From Lachnospiraceae bacterium (lineage in GTDB: Bacteria > Bacillota > Clostridia > Lachnospirales > Lachnospiraceae), in contig JAZUDO010000012.1 in assembly GCA_045639685.1 (NCBI GenBank), positions 25,156 through 89,155 on the forward strand: a DNA stretch of 64,000 nt. Reading direction: 5' to 3'. How positions within the stretch are numbered: the stretch's first letter is position 1; every line of letters starts with the position of its first letter. Positions 9,708 through 21,123 of this stretch are shown one piece after another. Both the position numbers and the translations under genes were made by a program. Under the pieces are notes generated by a model that saw nothing but the letters and a program-made list of their open reading frames with translations, was not told the DNA's origin and ran no database searches.

Positions 9708-10034
9708 AAAAGCGATGACGAAGACAGTAATCTGTCAGGTGAAATCAAGAGCGAGTGTACGACGGTGGGAGGTACATGAAAGTAGCGGACAGACGAATAT
9801 CACTTCCGAGCTGCGAGGCTGAAAACAGAGGGATCCCGAAACATCAAAATCCGAGGAGGTCATAGTCCCAATAACACCAGTAAGCCGAGCCGTCATACCT
9901 GCGTCAGTGGTACGCGTATAAAATCAGAAGCTTTGCTTCAGAGAACCTGTGAAGCTTATGCAATGAGGAGTACGTCGCAATAAGGTGGTTTAGTAAGAGT
10001 TTAGTCTTATCCTTATGCGGATAAGACTTTTTTT
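9708..10034 (+). promoter_or_regulatory. T-box riboswitch (Ile, specifier AUC) with terminator
   Basis: GCGATGA..AGTA stem I start, AGAGCGAG and GGTGGGA loops, GAAT-ATC-ACTTC specifier (9799-9801); antiterminator ATAAGG-TGGTTTA-GTAAGA...TCTTAT-CCTTAT; terminator AGTCTTATCC/GGATAAGACT-T6 (10003-10034). Confidence 0.88.
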
Positions 10035-10079
10035 ATCCCTTGGAGATATTATTCTTCGGGTGTTTTTCAGGAGGTGCTT

Positions 10080-13000
10080 ATGTACAACAAGGTTGACACG
10101 AATCTGAACTTCGTGGACAGAGAGAAAGAAACACTTGCATTTTGGCAGGAAAATGACATTTTCAGAAAGAGTATGGAGCAGAGAAAGCAGGGAGAGACAT
10201 ATACGTTCTATGACGGACCTCCTACTGCTAACGGCAAGCCTCATATCGGACACGTTCTTACACGTGTAATCAAGGATATGATTCCCAGATACCGTACAAT
10301 GAAGGGCTATATGGTTCCCAGAAAAGCCGGTTGGGATACTCACGGACTTCCTGTTGAAATCGAGGTTGAGAAGCTTCTTGGTCTTGATGGCAAGGAGCAG
10401 ATAGAAGAGTACGGTCTTGAGCCGTTTATCGACAAATGTAAGGAATCTGTTTGGAAATATAAAGGTATGTGGGAGGATTTCTCAGGTACCGTAGGTTTCT
10501 GGGCAGATATGGATAATCCATATGTAACCTATGATGACAATTTCATTGAATCAGAGTGGTGGGCACTTAAGGAAATCTGGAACAAGGATCTCCTTTACAA
10601 GGGCTTTAAGATTGTGCCTTACTGCCCTCGTTGCGGTACCCCTCTTTCAAGTCAGGAGGTTGCACAGGGTTATAAGGATGTAAAGGAGCGTTCTGCAGTT
10701 GTACGTTTCAAGTGTGTTGATGAAGATGCATATATCCTTGCATGGACAACAACACCCTGGACCCTGCCCAGCAACGTAGCTCTCTGTATGCATCCCGAAT
10801 ATGAATATGTAAAGGTTAAGAACAACAAGGACGGCCTTGTATATTACATGGCACAGGCTCTTGTTGCAACAGTTCTCGGCGAGGACGTTGAGGTTCTTGA
10901 AAGCTTCAAGGGAAAAGACCTTGAATATAAGGAATATGTTCCTCTGTTCCCATATGCTACTCCGATAGCGCAGAAACAGAATAAGAAAGCATTTTTCGTT
11001 ACCTGCGATGAGTATGTAACACTTACAGACGGTACAGGCGTTGTTCATATCGCTCCTGCATTCGGTGAAGACGATGCTCAGGTAGGACGTAAGTATGACC
11101 TTCCTTTTGTACAGCTTGTTGACGGCAAGGGTGAAATGACAGGCGGTACACCTTGGGACGGAACATTTGTTAAGAAGGCGGATATGCCTATCCTTCAGGC
11201 ACTTGAGGACGCAGGTCTTCTCTTTGATGCACCGAAGTTTGAGCATAGCTATCCTCACTGCTGGAGATGCGATACACCGCTTATCTACTATGCAAGAGAG
11301 TCATGGTACATCAAGATGACTGCAGTTCAGCAGCAGATGATTGACAATAACAACAAGATCAACTGGATTCCGGAATCAATCGGAAAGGGACGTTTCGGAG
11401 ACTGGCTGGAGAATCTTCAGGACTGGGCTATCAGCCGTAACCGTTACTGGGGTACTCCGCTTAATATCTGGGAGTGCGAATGCGGTTATCAGCACAGTGT
11501 AGGTTCAAGAGCAGAGCTTGCAGAGCTTAGCTGCAACCCGGAAAATGCCAAGGTTGAACTTCACAGACCATATATCGATGCAGTAACTTTCCCATGTCCT
11601 AAGTGCGGAAAGACAATGCACAGAGTTCCTGAAGTTATCGACTGTTGGTTTGACTCAGGTGCTATGCCATTTGCACAGCATCATTATCCGTTTGAGAATA
11701 AGGAAGTATTTGAGCAGCAGTTCCCTGCACAGTTCATTTCAGAGGCAGTTGACCAGACAAGAGGATGGTTCTATTCACTTCTTGCAGAATCAACACTCCT
11801 TTTCAACAAGCCTTGCTATGAAAATGTAATCGTTCTCGGACATGTTCAGGATGAGAACGGTCAGAAGATGAGTAAGTCAAAGGGAAATGCAGTAGATCCC
11901 TTCGATGCACTGCAGACCTACGGAGCAGATGCAATCAGATGGTATTTCTACATCAACTCGGCTCCATGGCTTCCTAACCGTTTCCACGGCGGGGCAGTTC
12001 AGGAAGGACAGCGTAAATTCATGGGTACATTGTGGAATACATATGCATTCTTTGTACTCTATGCAAATATTGATAATTTTGATGCAACCAAGTATACACT
12101 TGAGTATGACAAGCTTCCTGTAATGGATAAATGGCTTCTTTCAAAGATGAATTCAATGGTTGCAGAGGTTGACAACAACCTTGAGAACTACAGAATTCCC
12201 GAGACAGCACGCGCTCTGCAGGATTTCGTTGATGAAATGAGTAACTGGTATGTAAGACGTGGACGTGAAAGATTCTGGGCAAAGGGAATGGAACAGGATA
12301 AGATTAATGCTTACATGACTCTGTATACAGCCCTTGTTACAGTTGCCAAGGCAGCAGCACCCATGATTCCTTTCATGGCAGACGAAATCTACAGAAACCT
12401 TGTTTGCTCAATCGATTCGGCAGCTCCTATAAGCGTACATCTTTGTGATTTCCCTGTAGTGGATGACAAGATGATTGACAAGGCTCTTGAGTCGGATATG
12501 GATGCGGTAGTTGATATCGTTGTTAAGGGACGTGCCTGCAGAAATGCAAGCAATATCAAGAATCGTCAGCCTATTGCAAATATGTTCGTAAAGACAGAGA
12601 ACAAGCTTGGTGAGTTCTATGTTGAAATCATTGAGGATGAGCTTAATGTTAAGAAGGTTACATTTACCGATGACGTAAGAGACTTTACCACATACACATT
12701 TAAGCCACAGCTTAAGACTGTAGGTCCCAAGTACGGCAAGCATCTTGGATTTATCCAGAAAACACTTGCAGGTCTTGACGGCAACGCAGCTATGGATGAG
12801 CTTCGTGAAAAGGGTGCTCTTACATTTGAGGACGGCGGTGATACAATCAGCCTTTCAGAGGAAGATCTTCTTATCACAATGAATCAGAAGGAAGGCTTTG
12901 TAACAGAGGCTGACAACAAGACAACAGTAGTACTTGATACAACACTTACACCTGAACTTATTGAGGAAGGTCATGCAAATGAGATCATCTCTAAGATTCA

Positions 13001-13214
13001 GACCATGCGTAAGGATTCAGACTTCGAGGTTATGGACCACATCAAGGTTTCTGTTCTCGGAAATGATCTTCTTGCAGATGTTGTTAAGAAAAATGAGAAG
13101 GCAATTGCCGATAAGGTACTTGCAGAAAGCTTCTCATTTACAGATAAATATGCGGTAGAAAAAGAGTGGAATGTAAACGGGGAAAAGGTTACTATTTGTA
13201 TCGAAAAACTGTAA
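10080..13214 (+). CDS. ileS: Isoleucine--tRNA ligase (long, type-2-like)
   Basis: DGPPTANGKPHIGH, GWDTHGLP, WTTTPWTLP, DQTRGWF, KMSKS; ATG after AGGAGG. Confidence 0.97.
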   Translation: MYNKVDTNLNFVDREKETLAFWQENDIFRKSMEQRKQGETYTFYDGPPTANGKPHIGHVLTRVIKDMIPRYRTMKGYMVPRKAGWDTHGLPVEIEVEKLLGLDGKEQIEEYGLEPFIDKCKESVWKYKGMWEDFSGTVGFWADMDNPYVTYDDNFIESEWWALKEIWNKDLLYKGFKIVPYCPRCGTPLSSQEVAQGYKDVKERSAVVRFKCVDEDAYILAWTTTPWTLPSNVALCMHPEYEYVKVKNNKDGLVYYMAQALVATVLGEDVEVLESFKGKDLEYKEYVPLFPYATPIAQKQNKKAFFVTCDEYVTLTDGTGVVHIAPAFGEDDAQVGRKYDLPFVQLVDGKGEMTGGTPWDGTFVKKADMPILQALEDAGLLFDAPKFEHSYPHCWRCDTPLIYYARESWYIKMTAVQQQMIDNNNKINWIPESIGKGRFGDWLENLQDWAISRNRYWGTPLNIWECECGYQHSVGSRAELAELSCNPENAKVELHRPYIDAVTFPCPKCGKTMHRVPEVIDCWFDSGAMPFAQHHYPFENKEVFEQQFPAQFISEAVDQTRGWFYSLLAESTLLFNKPCYENVIVLGHVQDENGQKMSKSKGNAVDPFDALQTYGADAIRWYFYINSAPWLPNRFHGGAVQEGQRKFMGTLWNTYAFFVLYANIDNFDATKYTLEYDKLPVMDKWLLSKMNSMVAEVDNNLENYRIPETARALQDFVDEMSNWYVRRGRERFWAKGMEQDKINAYMTLYTALVTVAKAAAPMIPFMADEIYRNLVCSIDSAAPISVHLCDFPVVDDKMIDKALESDMDAVVDIVVKGRACRNASNIKNRQPIANMFVKTENKLGEFYVEIIEDELNVKKVTFTDDVRDFTTYTFKPQLKTVGPKYGKHLGFIQKTLAGLDGNAAMDELREKGALTFEDGGDTISLSEEDLLITMNQKEGFVTEADNKTTVVLDTTLTPELIEEGHANEIISKIQTMRKDSDFEVMDHIKVSVLGNDLLADVVKKNEKAIADKVLAESFSFTDKYAVEKEWNVNGEKVTICIEKL

Positions 13215-13226
13215 GGAGGGTACAGG

Positions 13227-15734
13227 ATGGCAAAGAAAAATCAGATTTCATTACATTTTGACCGAGAGTTATTTAAAAGGAGTGTTCTGTATAACGTAAA
13301 GACCTTATACAGAAAGAACATAGAGGAGGCAAGCACCCAGGAAATATTCCAGGCTGTAGGATATTCCATCAAGGACCAGATTGTTGATCACTGGATGGAT
13401 ACACAGAAGGAATATGAGAAAAAGGATCCAAAGATTGTATATTACATGTCAATGGAATTTTTGATGGGTCGTGCTCTCGGCAACAACATGATTAACCTTC
13501 AGGCATATAATGACGTTAAGGAATGCCTTGAAGAGCTTGGCGTTGATATCAATGCAATTGAGGACGAGGAGCCGGATGCAGCACTTGGTAACGGCGGTCT
13601 TGGACGTCTTGCAGCATGCTTTTTGGATTCGCTGGCAACACTTGGCTACGGTGCATACGGATGCGGTATCAGATATCGCTACGGTATGTTTAAGCAGCAG
13701 ATCAAAGACGGTTTCCAGGTTGAGGTACCGGATAACTGGCTTGCGGTTAACAACCCATTCGAACTCAGAAGACCCGAATATACAAAGACCGTTAAGTTCG
13801 GTGGCTATGTAAGGGTTTCTGTTGATGAGAACGGAAGAAATGTATTTACACAGGAAAACTATCAGGCAGTAAGCGCAGTACCTTACGACCTTCCTATCGT
13901 AGGCTACGGTAACGGTATTGTTAACACACTTCGTATTTGGGATGCACAGCCGGTTGAATGCTTCCAGCTTGACTCATTTGACAAGGGTGAGTACCAGAAG
14001 GCAGTTGAGCAGGAAAACCTGGCAAGAAATATTGTTGAGGTTCTTTACCCCAATGATAATCATTATGCAGGCAAGGAGCTCAGACTTAAACAGCAGTACT
14101 TCTTCATTTCCGCTTCTGTTCAGGAGGCTGTTGCGAAGTACATGCGTACTCATGACGATGTCAGAAAGATGTATGAGAAGGTTGCGTTCCAGCTCAACGA
14201 CACACATCCGACAGTTGCTGTTGCAGAGCTTATGAGAATCCTTATGGATGATTATTATCTTACATGGGATGAAGCATGGGATGTAACAACAAAGGTATGC
14301 GCATATACAAACCATACAATTATGGCTGAAGCTCTTGAAAAATGGCCAATTGAGCTATTCTCAAGACTTCTTCCCCGTGTATATCAGATTGTTGAAGAGA
14401 TTAACAGAAGATTCATTATCGAAATCGAGAAGAGATATCCTTATGAGACAGGTATCACTCAGGAAAAGATCAAGAAGATGGCCATTGTCTACGACGGACA
14501 GGTTAAAATGGCAAACCTTGCAATCGTTGCCGGCTATTCCGTTAACGGTGTTGCAAGACTTCATACAGAGATTTTGAAGAATCAGGAACTCAAGGATTTC
14601 TATGAGATGTTCCCTGAGAAATTTAATAACAAGACAAACGGTATTACCCAGAGAAGATTCCTTCTCCACGGCAATCCGCTTCTTGCAGACTGGGTAACGG
14701 CTCATATCGGGGACGACTGGATTACAGACCTCAGCAAGATTAAGAAGCTTAAGGTTTATGCAAATGACGAGCAGTGCCGCCAGGAGTTTATGAACATTAA
14801 GTATCAGAACAAGGTTCGTCTTGCAAAATATATCAAGGAGCACAACGGTATAGAGGTTGACCCCAGATCAATATTTGATGTTCAGGTTAAGAGACTTCAT
14901 GAGTATAAGAGACAGCTTCTCAATATCCTTCATGTAATGTATCTTTACAACCAGATAAAGGAGCATCCGGAGATGGATTTCTATCCCAGAACATTTATCT
15001 TTGGTGCGAAGGCAGCAGCCGGCTACAAGAATGCAAAGCTTACAATTAAGCTCATTAACTCGGTAGCTGATGTAATTAATAATGACGAGTCAATTGACGG
15101 CAAGATCAAGGTCGTATTTATCGAGAACTACCGTGTAAGTAACGCAGAGTGGATATTTGCAGCATCCGATGTATCAGAGCAGATTTCTACAGCCTCTAAG
15201 GAAGCTTCCGGAACAGGTAACATGAAGTTTATGCTTAACGGTGCAATTACCCTCGGAACAATGGACGGTGCAAATGTTGAAATCGTAGAGGAAGTAGGCG
15301 CTGAAAATGCGGTTATCTTCGGACTCAGCTCAGATGAAGTTATAAACTATGAGAAGAACGGCGGATATAATCCCATGGATATATTCAATAGCGATGAGGA
15401 AATAAGAAAAGTCCTTATGCAGCTTGTAAACGGTTTCTACTCACATAATGATACAGAGCTTTTCAGAACATTGTACAATTCGCTTCTTAATACGCAGTCT
15501 ACGGATAAGGCCGACAGATATTTCATTTTGAAGGATTTCAGGTCTTATGCGGAAGCTCAGCGCAAGATTGAGGAGTTCTATCGTGATGAAGACAGATGGG
15601 CAAAGGCAGCTATACTTAATGTAGCCTGCAGCGGAAAGTTCACATCCGACAGAACAATTCAGGAATATGTTGATGAAATATGGCATCTTGACAAGGTTAA
15701 GCTTCCAAAGAAGAAGATAGCCGAAGAGAAGTAA
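13227..15734 (+). CDS. glgP: Glycogen/starch phosphorylase
   Basis: [39 protein letters not shown] (PLP lysine). Confidence 0.97.
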   Translation: MAKKNQISLHFDRELFKRSVLYNVKTLYRKNIEEASTQEIFQAVGYSIKDQIVDHWMDTQKEYEKKDPKIVYYMSMEFLMGRALGNNMINLQAYNDVKECLEELGVDINAIEDEEPDAALGNGGLGRLAACFLDSLATLGYGAYGCGIRYRYGMFKQQIKDGFQVEVPDNWLAVNNPFELRRPEYTKTVKFGGYVRVSVDENGRNVFTQENYQAVSAVPYDLPIVGYGNGIVNTLRIWDAQPVECFQLDSFDKGEYQKAVEQENLARNIVEVLYPNDNHYAGKELRLKQQYFFISASVQEAVAKYMRTHDDVRKMYEKVAFQLNDTHPTVAVAELMRILMDDYYLTWDEAWDVTTKVCAYTNHTIMAEALEKWPIELFSRLLPRVYQIVEEINRRFIIEIEKRYPYETGITQEKIKKMAIVYDGQVKMANLAIVAGYSVNGVARLHTEILKNQELKDFYEMFPEKFNNKTNGITQRRFLLHGNPLLADWVTAHIGDDWITDLSKIKKLKVYANDEQCRQEFMNIKYQNKVRLAKYIKEHNGIEVDPRSIFDVQVKRLHEYKRQLLNILHVMYLYNQIKEHPEMDFYPRTFIFGAKAAAGYKNAKLTIKLINSVADVINNDESIDGKIKVVFIENYRVSNAEWIFAASDVSEQISTASKEASGTGNMKFMLNGAITLGTMDGANVEIVEEVGAENAVIFGLSSDEVINYEKNGGYNPMDIFNSDEEIRKVLMQLVNGFYSHNDTELFRTLYNSLLNTQSTDKADRYFILKDFRSYAEAQRKIEEFYRDEDRWAKAAILNVACSGKFTSDRTIQEYVDEIWHLDKVKLPKKKIAEEK

Positions 15735-15745
15735 AAGGAGAAGAT

Positions 15746-18034
15746 ATGATTACATTATCAAAAGGCGGAGCATATTTGCTGAACGGAACCGAAATCATTG
15801 AAGACGGCCCCGAGGCAGCAGCAGCCATTAAAGCAAAAACAGGAAAAGATGTATGCAAGGAATGTGCTTCCAAGGAAACCATAGCTTATGGCATTCTTGA
15901 AAGCCACAATACATCAGGAAATATGGATAAGCTTAAGATTAAGTTTGATAAGCTTACAAGCCATGACATTACATTTGTAGGCATTATTCAGACAGCGAGA
16001 GCATCGGGACTTGAGAAATTCCCGATTCCTTATGTTCTTACAAACTGCCATAACTCACTTTGTGCTGTCGGCGGAACAATCAATGAAGATGACCACATGT
16101 TTGGACTTACATGTGCCAAGAAATACGGCGGAGTTTATGTGCCGCCTCACCAGGCAGTTATTCATCAGTTCGCAAGAGAAATGCTTGCAGGCGGTGGAAG
16201 AATGATTCTTGGTTCGGATTCCCACACACGTTACGGTGCCCTTGGTACCATGGCAATGGGTGAAGGCGGACCGGAGCTTGTTAAGCAACTTCTTAATCAG
16301 ACATATGATATTGACAGACCGGGTGTAATAGGAATCTATCTTACAGGAAAGCCCGCCAAGGGAGTTGGCCCTCAGGACGTTGCAATTGCCCTCATAGGCG
16401 CTGTTTTCAGTAACGGATATGTAAAGAATAAGGTACTTGAGTTTGTAGGCCCCGGTGTGGCAAATCTGAGCGCAGATTTCCGTATCGGTGTTGATGTAAT
16501 GACCACAGAGACAACCTGCCTTTCTTCAATCTGGAAGACAGACAGTGAGATTAAGGATTTCTATGACACACATGAGCGTAGCGAGGATTATAAGGAACTT
16601 AATCCCGGTGAAGTGGCTTACTACGACGGAATGATTACAATCGACCTTGATAAGGTTAAACCTATGATTGCAATGCCGTTCCATCCTTCAAATGCTTATA
16701 CAATTGAAGAGGTAAATGCTAATCTTGCTGATATTCTTCACGATGTTGAAGAGAGAGCAAAGGTAAGCTTTGGCGACAGCGTTAACTTCAGTCTTCAGGA
16801 TAAGATAAGAAACGGTAAATTATATGTAGATCAGGGTGTTATCGCAGGCTGCGCAGGCGGCGGATTTGAAAACATCTGTGCTGCAGCAGATATTCTTAAG
16901 GGCTGCTACATCGGTGCCGATGAGTTCACACTGAACGTATATCCTGCTTCTACTCCTATTTATATGGAACTTATGAAGAACGGATGTGCAACCACTCTTC
17001 TTGAGACCGGTGCTATTCTTAAGACTGCATTCTGCGGACCATGCTTTGGCGCCGGAGATACACCTGCAAATAACGCATTTTCAATCAGACACAGCACCAG
17101 AAACTTCCCCAACAGAGAAGGCTCGAAGGTTCAGAACGGCCAGATTGCTTCTGTTGCACTTATGGATGCAAGATCAATTGCTGCGACAGCTGCAAATAAA
17201 GGTTTTCTTACACCTGCAACAGATATGGAAGGCAGAATCGGTGCTTACAAGTATCATTTTGACAGCAATATTTATAAAAACAGAGTATTTGACAGCAAGG
17301 GCGTTGCAGATCCAAGCGTAGAAATTAAGTTTGGCCCCAATATTAAGGATTGGCCGAAGATGGAAGCTCTTCCCAACAACCTTGTTCTTAAGGTTGTAAG
17401 TGAGATTCATGATCCTGTTACAACAACAGACGAATTGATTCCTTCGGGTGAGACATCATCCTTCAGATCAAATCCTTTGGGACTTGCCGAGTTCACATTG
17501 TCACGTAAGGATCCTAACTATGTCGGCCTTGCCAAGGAAATCCGGAAGGCTGAGACAGCACTTGTTAACGGCGGTGATGTATTTGCAGCCGTACCTGAAC
17601 TCAAGGCCGTTATGGAGACTATTGAAAAGACATATCCCAACGCTGTTGCAGACGGAATCGGATACGGTTCAACAATCTTTGCGGTTAAGCCCGGTGACGG
17701 TTCTGCAAGAGAGCAGGCAGCAAGCTGTCAGAAGGTTCTCGGCGGATGGGCAAATATTGCCAATGAATATGCAACAAAGAGATATCGCTCTAATCTGATG
17801 AACTGGGGTATGCTTCCGTTCCTTATCAAGGAAGGCGAGCTTCCTTTCAAGAATCTTGATTATATCTATGTGCCTGAAATCAGAAAGGCTCTGGAAGAAA
17901 AAACACCTGTTATCAAAGCTTACGTTGTGGGTGACGGTGCGCTTAAGGAATTCGAACTTACACTTGGTGATATGACTGCTGAGGAGAGACAGATTATACT
18001 TAAGGGTTGCTTGATAAATTATAACAGGATTTAA
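15746..18034 (+). CDS. Aconitase-family hydratase (YbhJ-like)
   Basis: [50 protein letters not shown]. Confidence 0.88.
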   Translation: MITLSKGGAYLLNGTEIIEDGPEAAAAIKAKTGKDVCKECASKETIAYGILESHNTSGNMDKLKIKFDKLTSHDITFVGIIQTARASGLEKFPIPYVLTNCHNSLCAVGGTINEDDHMFGLTCAKKYGGVYVPPHQAVIHQFAREMLAGGGRMILGSDSHTRYGALGTMAMGEGGPELVKQLLNQTYDIDRPGVIGIYLTGKPAKGVGPQDVAIALIGAVFSNGYVKNKVLEFVGPGVANLSADFRIGVDVMTTETTCLSSIWKTDSEIKDFYDTHERSEDYKELNPGEVAYYDGMITIDLDKVKPMIAMPFHPSNAYTIEEVNANLADILHDVEERAKVSFGDSVNFSLQDKIRNGKLYVDQGVIAGCAGGGFENICAAADILKGCYIGADEFTLNVYPASTPIYMELMKNGCATTLLETGAILKTAFCGPCFGAGDTPANNAFSIRHSTRNFPNREGSKVQNGQIASVALMDARSIAATAANKGFLTPATDMEGRIGAYKYHFDSNIYKNRVFDSKGVADPSVEIKFGPNIKDWPKMEALPNNLVLKVVSEIHDPVTTTDELIPSGETSSFRSNPLGLAEFTLSRKDPNYVGLAKEIRKAETALVNGGDVFAAVPELKAVMETIEKTYPNAVADGIGYGSTIFAVKPGDGSAREQAASCQKVLGGWANIANEYATKRYRSNLMNWGMLPFLIKEGELPFKNLDYIYVPEIRKALEEKTPVIKAYVVGDGALKEFELTLGDMTAEERQIILKGCLINYNRI

Positions 18035-18060
18035 CTTTGTGGGTTTATGAAGTTTAAACG

Positions 18061-18097
18061 AAAAGTCGCTTTGACCGTAAGGTTTAAGCGACTTTTT
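18061..18097 (+). terminator. Intrinsic terminator after the hydratase gene
   Basis: AAAAGTCGCTT...AAGCGACTTTT stem with T tail. Confidence 0.8.
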
Positions 18098-18167
18098 GTG
18101 TGGTTATTGGCTTTTGAAAGAAATGAAATGGTTGTGGGTGATGATAATCCGTTGGGGGGTTACAGGC

Positions 18168-18395
18168 GGATTACAGGAAAAGCAAGTTAAGCGAGAAATC
18201 TGTAACCCTAGGAGCCATTATAGTCGTTGTGGGTTACAGGAAAAGCAGGTTAAGCGAGAAATCTGTAACCCTAGGAGCCATTATAGTCGTTGTGGGTTAC
18301 AGGAAAAGCAGGTTATGCGAGAAATCTGTAACCCTAGGAGCCATTATAGTCGTTGTGGGTTACAGGAAAAGCAAGTTAAGCGAGAAATCTGTAAC
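18168..18395. repeat. 63-bp tandem array (~3.6 units) of alternating inverted GGGTTACAG/CTGTAACCC motifs
   Basis: Units start at 18168, 18231, 18294, 18357; GGGTTACAG-23nt-CTGTAACCC-22nt; linkers nearly identical. Confidence 0.95.
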
Positions 18396-18531
18396 TTGTC
18401 GGAAATGACGAGGAAAAATCGTAGCAGAGCTATGGCTGCCAAGATTGAACGAGGCTTTCGAATAATAAAAGAAATAATAAAAGAAATAATAAATGATAAA
18501 ATAAGCATATGATTTTTACTTAAAATGTGAC

Positions 18532-18559
18532 TAATGCAAACAGGGAGACAAACCGATAT
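18532..18559 (+). promoter_or_regulatory. Putative sigma28 (SigD/FliA) promoter
   Basis: TAAT-N16-ACCGATAT versus consensus TAAA-N15/16-GCCGATAT. Confidence 0.5.
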
Positions 18560-18763
18560 AATATATGAACTCAATAAGACATGACGTGTTTTGCATCAGC
18601 CAGGGAAGGTATTCATTAAAAGGATGCCTTTTTTTGTTCCCTTTTTATAATAAGTAACGCGCGTTATGCTTATTCGAGTTACGCAAAAAACTGAATAGGG
18701 AAAACAAAAAAGGAAGGAAAAAAGATCAGGGAGGATAAAAGCAGAAGAGAAAGGAGAGATTAT

Positions 18764-19984
18764 TTGAAGATTAATTCCTATGCAATAGGAATGGATTCTG
18801 AAAGAACGTACAGTTCCTTATCCACAAGGAGGTTTAACATGAGAATGTTGCGGGCAGGTGAAGAGGAGCCTCAACAGGATTTTTTTAACACCTACACCAC
18901 TATGTCAGAGGGTGAGCAGAACGGAGACGAATTGGTGAATGATGAAAGCAAGTCGATGAACAGCAATGGCAAATCGGTGAATAACGAGGGTGATTTGCTT
19001 AACGGCGAAAACAACACTTTGACCGGAATACTGTGGGACAGATTTTCGGGTGTGGGAGAAATAGCCACAGAAAGAATCGGACAGGCTGATTCCGTTCCTG
19101 TAGTAAGAGATTTGCAGAGCGTGAGACAACAGTTTGTTCTCTATCTTTGGAGACTGCTGTTTGGTGACAAAGAAGCAGAAAAGATGTCAAAGGAATACGG
19201 AATAAGTAATCAGAACGGTTACAATCAGGGAACTGCAAATCAAAGTTATGGTGTAAATCAAAGCTATGGTGCAAATCACAGTAATTATTTCGGAAATTTT
19301 GGCAACACATTTGCGGTAATCAGGTTGTCCGGAATCGAAGAGAACTACTACTTCGAACAGGAGACACTTGATTTCAGTTCCTCGGGCTGCGTTACAACCG
19401 AAGATGGAAGAACCATTGAGTTCGATGTTAATCTTCATATGAGTCGAAGCTTTGAACAGTACTACAGAAGAGAGGGATTAGAGATTCCCCAGATGTGTGA
19501 TCCCCTTGTGTTGAATTTTGATGGTGACGTGTCTTCACTGAGTGATATCAAGTTTGAATTTGATCTGGATTGTGACGGAGAAAAGGAAATGATAAGCAGG
19601 CTCTGTGACGGTCAGGGCTGTCTTGCATTGGATAAAAACAATGATGGTATTGTAAATGACGGTTCTGAACTGTTTGGCACAAAATCCGGGGATGGATTTG
19701 CCGATTTGGAGAAATATGATGAAGACGGAAATGGCTGGATTGATGAAAATGATTCTGTTTTCGATAAATTAAAAATCTGGGTAATGGACGAAGAAGGTAA
19801 TGAAACACTTTTAAGCCTTAGAGAAAAGGGCGTTGGTGCCATTTTCCTGGGGAATTCGAAGAATGATTTCTCTCTGCGTTCCGTTGAAACAGGAAATCTG
19901 AACGGGATAATCCGATCCATGGGTATGTTTCTGTATGAGGACGGAAATGTTGGAATGATGTCACAACTGGATATTGCGAATTAA
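18764..19984 (+). CDS. Hypothetical protein with a DPLV-DxDxDG putative Ca-binding C-terminal domain
   Basis: DPLVLNFDG...FDLDCDG...LALDKNNDGIVNDGSELFG...DGFADL..YDEDGNGWIDENDSVF; TTG start after AAGGAG; no Sec signal. Confidence 0.8.
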   Translation: MKINSYAIGMDSERTYSSLSTRRFNMRMLRAGEEEPQQDFFNTYTTMSEGEQNGDELVNDESKSMNSNGKSVNNEGDLLNGENNTLTGILWDRFSGVGEIATERIGQADSVPVVRDLQSVRQQFVLYLWRLLFGDKEAEKMSKEYGISNQNGYNQGTANQSYGVNQSYGANHSNYFGNFGNTFAVIRLSGIEENYYFEQETLDFSSSGCVTTEDGRTIEFDVNLHMSRSFEQYYRREGLEIPQMCDPLVLNFDGDVSSLSDIKFEFDLDCDGEKEMISRLCDGQGCLALDKNNDGIVNDGSELFGTKSGDGFADLEKYDEDGNGWIDENDSVFDKLKIWVMDEEGNETLLSLREKGVGAIFLGNSKNDFSLRSVETGNLNGIIRSMGMFLYEDGNVGMMSQLDIAN

Positions 19985-20028
19985 TAAATAAGGTCCTGTT
20001 TGCGAATTAATAAATAAGGTCCTGTTTG
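19974..20028. repeat. 26-bp tandem duplication spanning the stop codon
   Basis: TTGCGAATTAATAAATAAGGTCCTGT x2. Confidence 0.95.
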
Positions 20029-20057
20029 TTGATACAAAAGCGCATTAGGGTTATAAT
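20029..20057 (+). promoter_or_regulatory. Sigma-A promoter of ddl-murF
   Basis: TTGATA-17-TATAAT. Confidence 0.75.
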
Positions 20058-20097
20058 ACCTATGTATGTCTAAAGACAGACAGTTAGGAGAAAACAA

Positions 20098-21123
20098 ATG
20101 AAGGTTTTAGTTTTAGCAGGCGGAACAAGTACAGAGAGAGATGTTTCTTTTGTAACGGGAAGAAATGTGTATACAGCGATTAAGGCCAACGGACATAAAG
20201 CAATAATAATCGATCCGTTTATGGGCTATGAAAATGATACAGAGGGAATTTTTGATGCAGATATAGACTGGACAAAGGAGATATGTGCCATTTCTGAGAA
20301 CAATCCGGATATCGAGGCTGTAAAGGCAATGAGACCGAAGCAGTATAAAGGCTTTTTCGGACCCAACGTAATGAAGCTTTGCAGAGAGGCTGACGTTGTA
20401 TTTATGGCTCTTCACGGTGAGAACGGTGAGAATGGAAGAATACAGGCGGTATTTGATCTCGAGGGAATCAAATATACAGGAACTGATACACTGAGCTCTG
20501 CTGTATGTATGAATAAGGCTCTTGCCAAGGAAATTATGGCATACAATGGCATCCCAACACCTAAGGGAGTGAGAGTTCATAAGGGCGAGGACATTAAGAA
20601 TACTATGGGTTACCCCTGTGTGGTTAAAGCCTGCAACGGCGGTTCCAGCGTCGGCGTAAGCATTGTAGGGGACGAAGCGGAATTTGCAGCAGCCCTTGAG
20701 GACAGCTTCAAATACGATGACGAGATTATTATAGAACAGTACGTTAAGGGAAGAGAATTCTCCATAGGCGTTATCGAAGGCAAAGCACTTCCGATTATTG
20801 AGATTGCACCACTGGTTGGTTTCTATGATTATAAAAATAAATATCAGGCCGGATCGGCTGTTGAAACCTGCCCGGCTGTTCTTGATGATAACAAAACAAA
20901 GGAAATGCAAAAGTATGCGGAGAGAGCATTTGAAGTACTTCGTCTTCGCGATTACGCAAGAATGGATTTCATGATGAATGAGAACGGTGAAGCTTTCTGC
21001 CTGGAGGCCAATACACTTCCGGGAATGACATCCACATCCCTTATTCCTCAGGAAGCTGCCGCAGTGGGTATATCATTTGAACAACTGATTGAAAAGCTTA
21101 TTGTAATGGCAATGAATCACTAA
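20098..21123 (+). CDS. ddl: D-alanine--D-alanine ligase
   Basis: LAGGTSTERDVS, ALHGENGENG, GSSVGV, FYDYKNKY, LEANTLPGMT. Confidence 0.95.
   Translation: MKVLVLAGGTSTERDVSFVTGRNVYTAIKANGHKAIIIDPFMGYENDTEGIFDADIDWTKEICAISENNPDIEAVKAMRPKQYKGFFGPNVMKLCREADVVFMALHGENGENGRIQAVFDLEGIKYTGTDTLSSAVCMNKALAKEIMAYNGIPTPKGVRVHKGEDIKNTMGYPCVVKACNGGSSVGVSIVGDEAEFAAALEDSFKYDDEIIIEQYVKGREFSIGVIEGKALPIIEIAPLVGFYDYKNKYQAGSAVETCPAVLDDNKTKEMQKYAERAFEVLRLRDYARMDFMMNENGEAFCLEANTLPGMTSTSLIPQEAAAVGISFEQLIEKLIVMAMNH

Noticed and set aside
18168-18395. CRISPR array
   Set aside because: Linkers are near-identical rather than unique spacers, and no cas genes are present.
18460-18505. AAATAATAAAAG short repeats
   Set aside because: Low-complexity AT-rich slippage with no further structure.
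18096-18512. 138-aa ORF with 21-aa repeats as a real gene
   Set aside because: Explained by the 63-bp period being a multiple of 3; TTG start lies in the terminator tail with no RBS.
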